A stretch of 64,000 bases of DNA. Source: Octopus sinensis. Its lineage: Eukaryota. The stretch lies in NCBI RefSeq assembly GCF_006345805.1, contig NC_043013.1, positions 51,832,001 to 51,896,000 of the forward strand, read 5' to 3'. A model generated the notes under the pieces. The model saw nothing but the letters and a program-made list of their open reading frames with translations, was not told where the DNA came from and ran no database searches. Made by a program: the position numbers and the translations under genes. Below are positions 63,389 to 64,000 of the stretch, in pieces (the first letter of the stretch is position 1; every line of letters begins with the position of its first letter).

Positions 63389-63573
63389 CGGTTTTTTTTT
63401 TTACTATTTATTAAAATTTTATGTATTGATTAAATATTTCCTTGTTTGTTTTGCCAAATAGTGGTTTTGTCTCTAATTAATATTTTATAATATTTTACTA
63501 TAAAATTGGATTTAATCCTAAATCTGATTTTTTCCCTGTAATTTGGATTTATTCCCTAATTATTTAATTTATA

Positions 63574-63644
<71 letters not shown>

Positions 63645-63844
63645 TGCACACACACACACAAACACACGCATATATGCATAGTATACGTATCAACAATAAT
63701 AATAAGGATTATTACAAAGTAGCATAGCGTTAACTTTATATATAAATCCTTAAATCCTTAAAAATGTTTTAGCCCGAAGGCCGCGGCCATGCTGGGGCAC
63801 CACCGCTGGATATTATATAAATATATATTATATATATATATACA

Positions 63845-63880
<36 letters not shown>

Positions 63881-64000
63881 TATATATATATTATATATAA
63901 TATATATACAGCTTTACTTAGACCTACATATGTTTCGACTGCACCAATTAGTAACCGATGCAATTGCAAACCTATATATATATATAGGTTTGTCTCTCCT

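Larger units (their letters stand above)
63173..63489. repeat. Near-perfect palindrome (~155-bp arms, 3-nt loop GTT at 63328-63330)
   Basis: The inner 47 bp are perfectly complementary and the outer arms show only scattered mismatches. Confidence 0.97.

Overview
AT-rich, microsatellite-dense eukaryotic DNA with one 100-N scaffold gap (23270-23369). The SINE, LINE and microsatellite make-up looks like an octopus genome; this is recognition from memory, not a database hit. One host gene is well supported: a small secreted, cationic protein with a chitin-binding peritrophin-A/CBM14 domain. Its signal-peptide exon is 4976-5039, its domain exon is 6448-6738, and a third exon at 6818-6900 is uncertain. 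The rest is mobile DNA: a young 5'-truncated CR1-type LINE broken only by indels (24581-27726), RTE, Dong/R4-type, CR1 and Penelope-like (PLE) fragments, hAT and Tc1/mariner relics, non-autonomous Helitron-like elements, and dozens of tRNA-derived SINEs. The most striking signal is a set of minimal type-I hammerhead ribozyme motifs. Two long palindromes (63173-63489 and 40255-40553) each carry an outward-reading hammerhead core on both strands, and further hammerhead-like motifs lie in PLE-type repeats. All structural calls were made by eye and most transposon boundaries are approximate. Nearly all ORFs in the supplied track are microsatellite artefacts.
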